Part shown: positions 36,194-44,941 of the stretch, piece by piece | Layout of the letters: every line of letters begins with the position of its first letter | Position numbering within the stretch: position 1 is the stretch's first letter | DNA from: Bacteroidales bacterium | GTDB lineage: Bacteria; Bacteroidota; Bacteroidia; Bacteroidales; VadinHA17 | Length of the DNA: 64,000 nt | NCBI GenBank assembly: GCA_029210565.1 | Contig: JARGFQ010000017.1 | Location: 2,798 to 66,797, forward strand | Direction: 5' to 3' | The notes under the pieces: generated by a model | Database searches by the model: none | What the model was told of the DNA's origin: nothing | The model's input: the letters and a program-made list of their open reading frames with translations, nothing else | Translations under genes and position numbers: made by a program

Positions 36194-38380
36194 ATGACAG
36201 AAAATGAGAAACTTGACAGGATAGCCATAAGCGTCCGTTCACACCGCCTGTTGCGCGTGCTGCTCCGCGAGAACCCCATGCTGGAGACCATCATGAGGGA
36301 GTCGAAGAACGAGATCGAAGCACAGATAGGAGTAAAAAACTGGATACATTCGGAATACAGCAGCCGCAAGGATGCATTCCGGTTTCAGACCGACAGGGTC
36401 ACCAGGCGTGAGAACTTTGAGAAACTTTCGTGGAACGACTATGCCATCATCAGGATACTTGACTATATAGATCATGCAGGTATTGAGTACCCTGATCCCA
36501 ATCTGCGAGGTGAGATAGCCGTGAGCAACCCCATCAGGTTTATATGGCTTGCCGTTATCAAGGGGACTGGCGGCTCCAAGCCTGAGTTTTTCATCGACAT
36601 GATACAGCTCTTCAGGCAGCTGAGGGGCGAGAGCAACCAGGTGATCCCCGACAGGGACAGGGTTGAAAAATGGATGGAGATGTACCCGTCGGGAGTCGAT
36701 CCGCGCATCGTGGAGCTGCGCAAGGAGAACAGGGAGAGGATCATCAACCTGCTGATATCCAAGATCGAGGCGGGCGAGATCAGATCTGAGAAATACTCCT
36801 TCCCTGAAGGCATGGCGCACGATGAGAAGCTGCAGATGATGAACGAGTGGTGGGACAACTACAGGTTCCATCTCCATTTTGCAGTGCGGTCGCCGGACCT
36901 CCTCAATGAGATGCTGGGTCATTCGCTTGACCCCGATACCATGAAGATACTCTATGATGCCGAGAAGGCGGGGATACCTTTCTTCGTGAACCCCTATTAT
37001 CTCTCTCTGCTGCATGTGCGTGTTCCCTATTTCGCCATCGGCGCCGACCTGGCCATCAGGCATTATATCGTCTACAGCCGCCAGCTGGTGGATGAGTTCG
37101 GGCACATCGTGGCATGGGAGAAGGAGGACAAGGTGGTGCCGGGTGAGCCCAATGCGGCAGGGTGGCTGCTCCCTTCCCACAACAACATCCACAGGAGGTA
37201 TCCGGAGGTGGCCATACTCATCCCTGACACCATGGGAAGGGCATGCGGAGGACTCTGTTCTCCCTGCCAGCGCATGTACGACTTCCAGAGCGGTCACCTC
37301 AACTTCGACCTTGATAAGCTCAAACCCACTGAGAGCTGGTCGGAGAAACAGAAGAAGCTGCTGCAATATTTCGAGGATGACACGCATCTGAGGGATATAC
37401 TCATCACCGGCGGTGATGCCCTGATGAGCTCTGACAGGAGCCTGAAGGAGTTGCTTGATGCCGTCTGCGAGATGGCGCGCAACAAACGCGAGAAAAACAG
37501 GCAGAGGCATGACGGTGAGAAGCATGCCGAGATACAGAGGGTCAGGCTCGGGACGAGGATGTTGACCTACATGCCGCAGCGGATAACGCCCGAGCTGGTG
37601 CAGATACTCGGTGACTTCAAGAAGAAGGCCAGGGAGATAGGTATCACGCAGTTTCTCATACAGACCCACGTGGAGTCGCCCATGGAGGTCACCCCGGAGT
37701 CGAGCCAGGCAGCACGCAGGCTCTCCGATGCCGGATGGCTCATCACCAACCAGCTGGTGTTCACCACGGCTGCCTCGCGCAGGGGCCATACTGCCAAGCT
37801 GAGGAAGGTCATGAATGATGTTGGCATCCTGCCTTACTATACCTTCACGGTCAAGGGTTACATGGAGAACAACTTCAATTTCGCACCCAATGCCAGGGTG
37901 GTACAGGAGCAGCTTGAGGAGAAGATCGTCGGCAGGATCGACAGTGAACATTACGAGACCGTACGTCAGTTTGCAGACAATGCGGAGAATATTATTGAGA
38001 ACATTGATGCGCTGCGCCGCTCTGCCGATCTCCCATTCCTGGGCACCGACCGTAACGTGCTGAACCTTCCCGGCGTGGGCAAGAGTCTTACCTTCAGGGT
38101 GGTGGGCATCACCAGGTATGGAAGAAGGATACTGCAGTTCGACCATGACATCACCCGTACGCACAGTCCTATCATCAACAAGATGGGCAAGATGATAATC
38201 ATCGAGTCGAAGTCGATACACGAGTATCTCCGGCAGCTGGAGGAACTGGGCGAGGATACGGCGCAGTACGAGGGGCTCTTCGGCTACAGCATCGGCCAGA
38301 CCGAGCCTCGTGTTCCGATCTACGAATACCCGGAATACAGCTTCAGTGTGACGAAAGAGATGAGCAACCTGGAGGTTTAG
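36194..38380 (+). CDS. KamA-family (lysine 2,3-aminomutase-like) radical SAM protein, long form
   Basis: CGGLCSPCQR is the CX3CX2C cluster. ILITGGDALM and the surrounding KamA-like core are present. About 330 aa of N-terminal extension precedes the cluster. Confidence 0.8.
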   Translation: MTENEKLDRIAISVRSHRLLRVLLRENPMLETIMRESKNEIEAQIGVKNWIHSEYSSRKDAFRFQTDRVTRRENFEKLSWNDYAIIRILDYIDHAGIEYPDPNLRGEIAVSNPIRFIWLAVIKGTGGSKPEFFIDMIQLFRQLRGESNQVIPDRDRVEKWMEMYPSGVDPRIVELRKENRERIINLLISKIEAGEIRSEKYSFPEGMAHDEKLQMMNEWWDNYRFHLHFAVRSPDLLNEMLGHSLDPDTMKILYDAEKAGIPFFVNPYYLSLLHVRVPYFAIGADLAIRHYIVYSRQLVDEFGHIVAWEKEDKVVPGEPNAAGWLLPSHNNIHRRYPEVAILIPDTMGRACGGLCSPCQRMYDFQSGHLNFDLDKLKPTESWSEKQKKLLQYFEDDTHLRDILITGGDALMSSDRSLKELLDAVCEMARNKREKNRQRHDGEKHAEIQRVRLGTRMLTYMPQRITPELVQILGDFKKKAREIGITQFLIQTHVESPMEVTPESSQAARRLSDAGWLITNQLVFTTAASRRGHTAKLRKVMNDVGILPYYTFTVKGYMENNFNFAPNARVVQEQLEEKIVGRIDSEHYETVRQFADNAENIIENIDALRRSADLPFLGTDRNVLNLPGVGKSLTFRVVGITRYGRRILQFDHDITRTHSPIINKMGKMIIIESKSIHEYLRQLEELGEDTAQYEGLFGYSIGQTEPRVPIYEYPEYSFSVTKEMSNLEV

Positions 38381-38466
38381 GCTGCGTTAATCAGGCGCCG
38401 GGACCACGGACGGCACTCCGGTAACTGACGCTTCCGGTTGTGCTTCAGTGAACGGTCAGAAAGCGG

Positions 38467-39978
38467 TTATTTGCTTCTGAATTTCCTGCCGTCTTCTTTG
38501 CAGATGGTCTTTAGCAGGCGTTTTGCCGACATTATGGATGTTGGCAGGCCGCCGCCCGGCTCTACCCACTGACCGCACATGTAGAAGTTCTTTAGTCCTG
38601 GTACTTTCTGCGGCAGCGGTTTTGTCATTGTGAATGCGTTTTCAGGGGTGATGATCCACCCCTCGAATGACCCCTTCCAGTTGCCGGTGTATCGCTCCAA
38701 GGTGATCGGGGTTGCCACGTCGGTCACCTCCACCTGTTCGGTGATCCCTGGAAAACGCTGCTCGAGGAGTCTGACAATGGTTTTGGCGATGTCATCTTTC
38801 TTCTGCACATAGACTGCCGGGTCTTCGTAAAGCTTTTTCCAGTACTCATAGTCGGAGTCGAGCATCACGGTGACGGCGGTCTTGCCTTCAGGTGCCATGG
38901 TTGGATCCTGGTTATAGATATGCACCGGAAGTCTCTCACGTATCTTGTCTGCGATCATCACCGGTTCCGTCAGCGGGAAGCTGATACCTGAGACCGTCAC
39001 CGGCAGGTCGTCGAATTTACGGTTGACGCCCAGTGATACAAACAGCAGCGAATGAAACAGAGGCCACTTCTCGTACTGTTCGCGCGTCTTTGCGTCGAGG
39101 TACTTGCCGTCGAGCATATTGAACAGGGTGGCATGGCCGTCGGCTGCCGAGATAACCCTGGCGGCGGGGATCTCCGTGCCGTCGACCAGCCTGATGCCGA
39201 TCGCCCTGCCGTTGGTAGTGATTATCCGTGCAACCTTACTGTTGTAGTTAAGGACTCCGCCCAGCTCCCTGTACCGTTCTTCGAGAGCCTTCGACATGGG
39301 CATCGAGCCGCCTATGGGATAGCCGGCGTTTCTGGTGTGAAGCCATGCGAAAGTAAAGAGCATGAAGACTATTGAGAACTCCGGTATCCATATCTCCCTG
39401 AATGCCTCCTTCAGGAGAGGATCCCTGAAACGGTTGGCAAACTCCTCGCCCGTAATGTTGGTCCATTTTTTGAATTCTCTGCCGTACTTCATGAAGGCGA
39501 AGAACATCTTCACACTCTTTTTCAACCTGACCAATGGCGGGTCATCATCCGCCGGAAAGTCGAACAGGGTACACATCCTCACCCCCCTGGCAAAGTCCCT
39601 GATTGTATCCGCATCCCGGGGTGATAACTGTAGGAGGTGTTCCTCAAGCCTGATGGCATCGGAATAGAAGATGACGGTGCGACCGTCGGCCCCTTCACAG
39701 CGGCAATACTCATCCGGGTAGACAAACTCCCTGCCCTGTGCCACTCCTGTCTCCTTCCAGATACTGTGCTGGGAGCTATCAGGGGAGGAACCTACCAGCC
39801 AATGTATGCACGCATCGAAGGTATAGCCCTTTCTCTTCCACGCAGTGCAGAGCCCGCCGGGCAGGTTGTGCATTTCGTAAATCTGCGTGTTGTAACCGTT
39901 TAGTCTCCCGTAGATGCCGGCTGCCAGGCCGGCGAAGCCTGCTCCGATGATTACCATTGATTTTTCGTCCGAAGCCAT
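38467..39978 (-). CDS. FAD-dependent oxidoreductase of the phytoene desaturase (CrtI-like) family
   Basis: N-terminal VIIGAGFAGLAAG dinucleotide-binding motif; 503 aa. Confidence 0.8.
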   Translation of the reverse strand: MASDEKSMVIIGAGFAGLAAGIYGRLNGYNTQIYEMHNLPGGLCTAWKRKGYTFDACIHWLVGSSPDSSQHSIWKETGVAQGREFVYPDEYCRCEGADGRTVIFYSDAIRLEEHLLQLSPRDADTIRDFARGVRMCTLFDFPADDDPPLVRLKKSVKMFFAFMKYGREFKKWTNITGEEFANRFRDPLLKEAFREIWIPEFSIVFMLFTFAWLHTRNAGYPIGGSMPMSKALEERYRELGGVLNYNSKVARIITTNGRAIGIRLVDGTEIPAARVISAADGHATLFNMLDGKYLDAKTREQYEKWPLFHSLLFVSLGVNRKFDDLPVTVSGISFPLTEPVMIADKIRERLPVHIYNQDPTMAPEGKTAVTVMLDSDYEYWKKLYEDPAVYVQKKDDIAKTIVRLLEQRFPGITEQVEVTDVATPITLERYTGNWKGSFEGWIITPENAFTMTKPLPQKVPGLKNFYMCGQWVEPGGGLPTSIMSAKRLLKTICKEDGRKFRSK

Positions 39979-40066
39979 GTTGGATTTGAGTTAAGCCAGG
40001 ACCAAAGTTAACGAACAAATTAACAGGGGAGTCCCTGCACACAGGAAATATTAAAACTCTAAAGAT

Positions 40067-41269
40067 CTATCTGCGCCTGAAATTTCTCCTGCCAGCCCCC
40101 GGGCGTGGAGGACGGTGAGCGGAGGTGTCGGCGTGGCTGCTGGCAATGAAGTCGGGCAGCGGAGCCCTGAAGACCTGGTAACCGATCAGTTTTTCTATTC
40201 GTTGAAGTTTGTACATCTCGGCATTTGTGACGAGGGTGATGGCCACGCCTGTGGTCTCTGCACGGGCGGTGCGGCCCACGCGGTGAACGTAATCCTCCGC
40301 GTCTGACGGCACGTCGTAGTTTACCACCAGGTTGATATCCTTGATGTCGATGCCACGGCTCAGGACGTCGGTTGCCACCAGCACGCGGGTGCGCCGTGAG
40401 CGGAACCGCAGCAGCGTCTCCTCACGCTGTTTCTGTTCGAGGTCAGACGATATGCCTTCTACGGCAAAGTCGCGCGATCTCAGTCCGCGAACGATCTCGT
40501 GAACCTTTTTCTTGGTGGAGCTGAATATGAGTATGCTGTTGTATTCGGGCTTGTCGGCTATCAGGCTGTTCAGCAGCGGCAGCTTCTGGTTCTCCTCCAG
40601 CAGATAGACAGCCTGCAGCACCCCCTCAGCCGGCTTTGACATCTCCAGGGCTATCTCCACCGGGTTCTTCATGATCTGTTTTGAGAGCGACCGGATCCGG
40701 GGTGGCATGGTGGCGCTGAACATGAGTGTCTGACGCTTTTTTGGCACGAATGAGATGATGCGGATGATATCGTCATAAAAGCCGATGTCAAGCATGCGGT
40801 CCGCCTCGTCGAGCACGAGTACCTCTATCTCGTTGAACTTCACATAGCCAAGATTGAGGTGTGATATCAGCCTGCCGGGGGTGGCAACGATGATGTCGGC
40901 TCCCTTTGAGAGAGCCTCCCTCTCCTGGTCCCAGGCGCTGCCCTCACCGCCGCCGTAGACAGCCAGGGAGGTTATGTTCAGCGTGTAGGCCAGCCCCTGT
41001 ATATGCTGGTCTATCTGCATGGCCAGCTCACGTGTCGGGACGAGTATCAGTGTGTGGGTATGGGAGGGGCGCCTGTCGGCTATCTCATTCATCACCGGCA
41101 GGAGGTAAGCTGCGGTCTTGCCTGTGCCTGTCTGGGCGCAGGCAATCAGGTCGTTGCCCTCCATGATTACCGGTATGGCCTTCTCCTGTATGGGGGTGGT
41201 CTCCCTGAAACCCATGTAATCTATCGAATCAAGAAGTTCGGGGTTCAGGTCCAGCTCTTCAAATATCAT
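40067..41269 (-). CDS. DEAD-box RNA helicase
   Basis: AQTGTGKTAAY, PTRELA, VLDEADRMLD, SAT, ARGIDI, HRVGRTAR, and a basic C-terminal tail. Confidence 0.9.
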   Translation of the reverse strand: MIFEELDLNPELLDSIDYMGFRETTPIQEKAIPVIMEGNDLIACAQTGTGKTAAYLLPVMNEIADRRPSHTHTLILVPTRELAMQIDQHIQGLAYTLNITSLAVYGGGEGSAWDQEREALSKGADIIVATPGRLISHLNLGYVKFNEIEVLVLDEADRMLDIGFYDDIIRIISFVPKKRQTLMFSATMPPRIRSLSKQIMKNPVEIALEMSKPAEGVLQAVYLLEENQKLPLLNSLIADKPEYNSILIFSSTKKKVHEIVRGLRSRDFAVEGISSDLEQKQREETLLRFRSRRTRVLVATDVLSRGIDIKDINLVVNYDVPSDAEDYVHRVGRTARAETTGVAITLVTNAEMYKLQRIEKLIGYQVFRAPLPDFIASSHADTSAHRPPRPGAGRRNFRRR

Positions 41270-41470
41270 TTATGTAATTCTCTTTTATGTTTATTGCCGG
41301 TGGCGGAGTCAGCCTTTTCACCCATTTGACGGGTGCGGCTGACGAAGCCTTTTTTCTCCGTCAGCAGACGGATTTGTTTGGCGGTGCAAAAGTACACAAA
41401 TTATTGACATTTAAAGGCGGAGCAGGTTAACAAATAGAGGCTGGCGCGATCGGGAGGGTATTAATAAAGA

Positions 41471-41500
41471 GGAGCGCAGAGTTTAAAGTCTCTGCGCTCC
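41471..41500 (-). terminator. Hairpin downstream of the 41535-42872 gene
   Basis: GGAGCGCAGAG / CTCTGCGCTCC form perfect 11-bp arms with an 8-nt loop, 35 nt after the stop codon. The following T-tract is only moderate. Confidence 0.5.
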
Positions 41501-41534
41501 TGGGGATATATGGTGCTCCGTGAGCTATGTGCCG

Positions 41535-42872
41535 TTATCTGCGCCTTGCCGGTGCGGCTGCCTCTGAGCTGCTGCTGCTTCTCGCAGGTGCGCTGCTTAC
41601 GCTGCTCTTTTCTACAGGTGCGCTGTAGCTGCTCCTGGTGTTGCTGCTACTGCTGGTGCTCCTTGAGGGTGCGCTGCTGACGCTGCTGGAGCTACTCCTG
41701 GCCGGTGCGCTGTAGCTGCTCCTTTCGGGTGCGGTTGCAGCTTCCCTGCGGATGACCTCTGCCCTGTCAGGGGCGGAAGGCCTGGTCACTGTCGTGCTTT
41801 TCACTTCAGCCGGATTCCTCCGGTCGGTTGCTGCAGCCTGACTGTTCACGCTCTCACGACTTCTGCTGACGGCCTCGCGGCTTCTGCTGACTTCCTCACG
41901 ACTCCTTGTAGCGGCATCCGGACTCCTGCGGTCGCTGCTGACAGTCGACTGCGTCGGCACCCTTGCTGCCTGATCAGCGGCGCTCCTTCTGCTGTCTCCG
42001 GAGATAACTGCACTGCGACTGTCGCGGCTTGCATATACCTTCCTGTAGAGCTCCTCACCGTCTCTCCTGGATTCAGGACGCGTGTAAGTCTGCTTGTAGT
42101 GACCCTCCGTCTTCCTGTGTTCCACATTCTTTGAATAGTGGCGCACGCTGGTGTAGTAGAAGTCGTTGTAGTAGTGATGCACGAGGTGGTTCCAGTGATG
42201 GTAGTAGGTGTAGTAGTGAGGGTACCAGTTGTAGTGGTATCCGTAGTAGTGGTGCCAGTACCAGGGGCTCCAGGGCTTCCAGTAGGCAGGCCAGTATCCC
42301 CAGTACCATCCTGAGTGCCATGCCACGTAGCTGGGCATGAACATCCAGTCAAGGACCGGCCACGAGAGATCGTAGTAGTATACGTTGCCGACGTAGATCA
42401 CATCGTCATAGTAGAGAGGATCACCCTGATAGCCGGGATTGGGTCTGTTGACCTTCGGTTCTATCACGTAGTTACGGCCGTAGAGCATCTCGTCGCCGAT
42501 AAGCTGTATCCGTACCTTGTTTTTGTTCTTGCGCTCGACGATAAAGACAGCCACATCCTGAAAGTCGTTCCTTCCGAGCACTGCCCTTAATACTATGGTG
42601 TGTATCTTCCCGTCCACATAGTCGGTGACCGTTATGTAGTCGATGAAGTTGTCGCCATTGAGATCGAGGTTATTCACCCGGGAGTCACTGGCATTTAGAT
42701 TCCTTTCGAACTCCTCAAGTGTCTTTGACTCCTGGAAGAGGTTCATCACGGCGTAGAGGTTCATGTTGTCGCCCGGGAGACCCAGATACTCCTCAGGCCA
42801 GTCCTGTCCGCGGACTATCGCCCCTGCTGCTACCAGGACTGCGAGGATCGATGTGATAATTAACTTTTTCAT
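41535..42872 (-). CDS. Secreted protein, paralog A: Ca-loop N-domain + W/Y/H-rich segment + Ser/Arg-rich tail
   Basis: Signal peptide, NNLDLNGDNFIDY (DxNxDGxxD-like loop), WYWGYWPAYWKPWSPWYWHHYYGYHYNWYPHYYTYYHHWNH, then about 170 aa of S/R/A-rich low complexity. The N-terminal ~300 aa align along their length with the 46814-48451 product. Confidence 0.8.
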   Translation of the reverse strand: MKKLIITSILAVLVAAGAIVRGQDWPEEYLGLPGDNMNLYAVMNLFQESKTLEEFERNLNASDSRVNNLDLNGDNFIDYITVTDYVDGKIHTIVLRAVLGRNDFQDVAVFIVERKNKNKVRIQLIGDEMLYGRNYVIEPKVNRPNPGYQGDPLYYDDVIYVGNVYYYDLSWPVLDWMFMPSYVAWHSGWYWGYWPAYWKPWSPWYWHHYYGYHYNWYPHYYTYYHHWNHLVHHYYNDFYYTSVRHYSKNVEHRKTEGHYKQTYTRPESRRDGEELYRKVYASRDSRSAVISGDSRRSAADQAARVPTQSTVSSDRRSPDAATRSREEVSRSREAVSRSRESVNSQAAATDRRNPAEVKSTTVTRPSAPDRAEVIRREAATAPERSSYSAPARSSSSSVSSAPSRSTSSSSNTRSSYSAPVEKSSVSSAPARSSSSSEAAAPARRR

Positions 42873-43092
42873 CTCTTTAAATTTATCTGAAGAATTGGCT
42901 CTTCACCTGTAATAATGCAAAGGGCGTGCCAAACTACCTCATATGCCCATAAGTTGGGAGTTTGAGCATGTTTTTAATAAGATGTGTGATATATTACGGT
43001 CCATGGCTCCGGCTGGCACTTCCGACCGGCAGTCCCGGCTGCCCCGGGACTGACAGTAACGGGTGGCGAAGCAGGAAAACAGGCTCATGGAT

Positions 43093-43154
43093 CAGGGTTC
43101 AGAGTACAGGGTCAGGGTACAGTGTTCAGGGCATAAGTCGCAGTGTACAGAGTG
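43093..43154. repeat. Degenerate heptanucleotide tandem array (CAGNGTN, about 9 units)
   Basis: cagggtt cagagta cagggt(c) agggta cagtgtt cagggca taagtcg cagtgta cagagtg, read directly from the sequence. Confidence 0.6.
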
Positions 43155-43206
43155 TTGTTATGCACGTCGGCTTTTCGTATCTTGCGGAGGTAAAAATGAA
43201 TGAGAT

Positions 43207-43914
43207 ATGAAAGCAAAAGCTATAATTTTGGTTCTGATGATTCTGCTGGCAGGCAGCCAGGCAGAAGGGCAGAAGAGGGAAAAACTGATAACAGTTGCAG
43301 GTACGGTCACTGATATCGAGATGTCTCCGGTAGCCGGTGCATTGATTGTGATAGACTTGCAGGATTCGGGTACCAAAACACGTAAAAACGGAACCTATAA
43401 AATAAAGGTCAGACCGGATGTCAGGAGCGTAGGGGTCTATACATCCAACATGGGGTCGGTAGTGACAGTGTTTGAGGGTCAGCAGAAAATTGATTTTGTA
43501 CTTGACGGAGCGGAGGCAATGGTGAATTTCGCTCCGGTGATTCGTGAAGGCGATACGAAGGTCGACATTGGATACGGCACGGCTAAGAAAAAGGACGTCA
43601 ACACTGATGTTGGTTATATAGACGGCCAGACTGTCGACAACGCATCCTACTCGAACATATATGATATGATCCAGGGCAAGGTGCCGGGAGTTGATGTTGT
43701 TGGCAATAAGATCACAATCAGGGGAGTAGGCTCACTCATGCTCAGCTCTGATCCCCTCTTTGTCGTTGACGGAGTAGCCGTTAGCTCAATAGACAACATC
43801 AATCCCCGCGAGGTCAAGTCGATATCAGTGCTAAAAGGCGCCAGTGCTGCCATTTACGGCACCAGGGGTGCCAACGGGGTCATCCTTATTACCCTGATTG
43901 GAACAAACAGGTAA
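43207..43914 (+). CDS. CarboxypepD_reg-like + TonB-dependent-receptor Plug domains only (no barrel)
   Basis: Signal peptide, TVAGTVTD...NGTYKIKV, then IDGQ...IQGKVPGV...IRG...PLFVVDG...I.SISVLKGASAAIYGTRGANGVILIT. The frame ends where the SusC-type barrel would begin. Confidence 0.8.
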   Translation: MKAKAIILVLMILLAGSQAEGQKREKLITVAGTVTDIEMSPVAGALIVIDLQDSGTKTRKNGTYKIKVRPDVRSVGVYTSNMGSVVTVFEGQQKIDFVLDGAEAMVNFAPVIREGDTKVDIGYGTAKKKDVNTDVGYIDGQTVDNASYSNIYDMIQGKVPGVDVVGNKITIRGVGSLMLSSDPLFVVDGVAVSSIDNINPREVKSISVLKGASAAIYGTRGANGVILITLIGTNR

Positions 43915-43978
43915 AGAGACCTGTCATTTGACGAGCGGTACAAAGCAGTCAGGTTCGGCTGGAGAACTCACGCAACTG

Positions 43979-44926
43979 TTATTTTATACCTGCGCGCAAC
44001 AGCTTAAGGTTGGTCTCCAGCCCGTCAAGCCAGATCATTGACCATGCCACGGGACTGAACACCAACATCTGCTTCGTCCATTCACCGGGTCCGGCATCAG
44101 GGTAATCCATATACTCAAATATCACCGGGACTGCTTTTGCGAGCTTCTCATTACCGGCTTTTGTCTCAAGCTCCCTGATAAGGTCTTTCAATCCGGACTC
44201 AAGAGCGAGGTCGGGCGTTGGTTCATCCTTTTCCCAAATTCTGGCTGCGAAGGCTACGCCTGTCGACTCCAGCCTTGGAAAATTTAGGGGATCACGGTTC
44301 CAGTCGTTCTCTGTGATTCCCTCAGCAGCAAAAATACGCGACTGATAACCGTCAACCACACCGATCAGGTTATCAATCTTCTGAGCTACAGCATCCTGTC
44401 CGGCAGAGGCAGGTATCCCGTCGAGCACAGTCTCAATCCTGTTGTAGTTTCGTGACAGGTTAAGGCTGTCATCGATCCTTTCCTTCGATACATTCAATGA
44501 TAGCAGGACGGAAAATACCGATATTCCCGAAAGGAGGAACAGTACAAAAACCGTGTTGTGGATGCTGAAGTTTTTGTTCCTGGCCGTTACAGCCAGGAAA
44601 ACAGGAAGGAACACCACATAGGGGAATGGCAGGGCGATCATAAGCAGCTTGCCCGCACCGGGCCAGTGCTGGATCTTGAACAGCATGCTGCCAAACACTA
44701 CAAGGCAGGTCAGCCATGTCACGATGTACAATAGCAGGTTCTGCCTGTTGCCTTCAGCCCTGTAATGGTTGGTGAGGGCAAGGGGGAGGAAGAGAAATAT
44801 CAGCATCAGCATCCCGAGGGTCAGCATGATGCCTGCTCCCGGGAAGTGGTTCAACTTAAAGATGCCTCCCATGAATACAATCATGGTGGTGATAAGTCCG
44901 GTTATATAAATTTTGTTTTTCATCAT
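43979..44926 (-). CDS. Membrane protein with two GldL-like FK(I/L)xH(W/F)PGAG hairpins and a soluble C-terminal domain
   Basis: FKLNHFPGAGIML and FKIQHWPGAGKLL, each followed by a second helix. About 165 aa of non-membrane C-terminus. Begins 15 nt downstream of the preceding gene. Confidence 0.75.
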   Translation of the reverse strand: MMKNKIYITGLITTMIVFMGGIFKLNHFPGAGIMLTLGMLMLIFLFLPLALTNHYRAEGNRQNLLLYIVTWLTCLVVFGSMLFKIQHWPGAGKLLMIALPFPYVVFLPVFLAVTARNKNFSIHNTVFVLFLLSGISVFSVLLSLNVSKERIDDSLNLSRNYNRIETVLDGIPASAGQDAVAQKIDNLIGVVDGYQSRIFAAEGITENDWNRDPLNFPRLESTGVAFAARIWEKDEPTPDLALESGLKDLIRELETKAGNEKLAKAVPVIFEYMDYPDAGPGEWTKQMLVFSPVAWSMIWLDGLETNLKLLRAGIK

Positions 44927-44941
44927 TTTCTGTTTAACCTG

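Noticed and set aside
36239-38221. 660-aa ORF antisense to the KamA-like gene
   Set aside because: Its composition (Leu/Arg/His/Val/Pro/Gly-rich with no motifs) is typical of a shadow frame opposite a GC3-biased gene. The sense strand carries a clear radical-SAM/KamA signature.
41270-41534. Structured cold-shock-type 5' leader for the DEAD-box helicase gene
   Set aside because: A long leader is plausible, but the only clear structure, at 41471-41500, is better explained as the terminator of the upstream gene. No conserved leader motif was recognisable.
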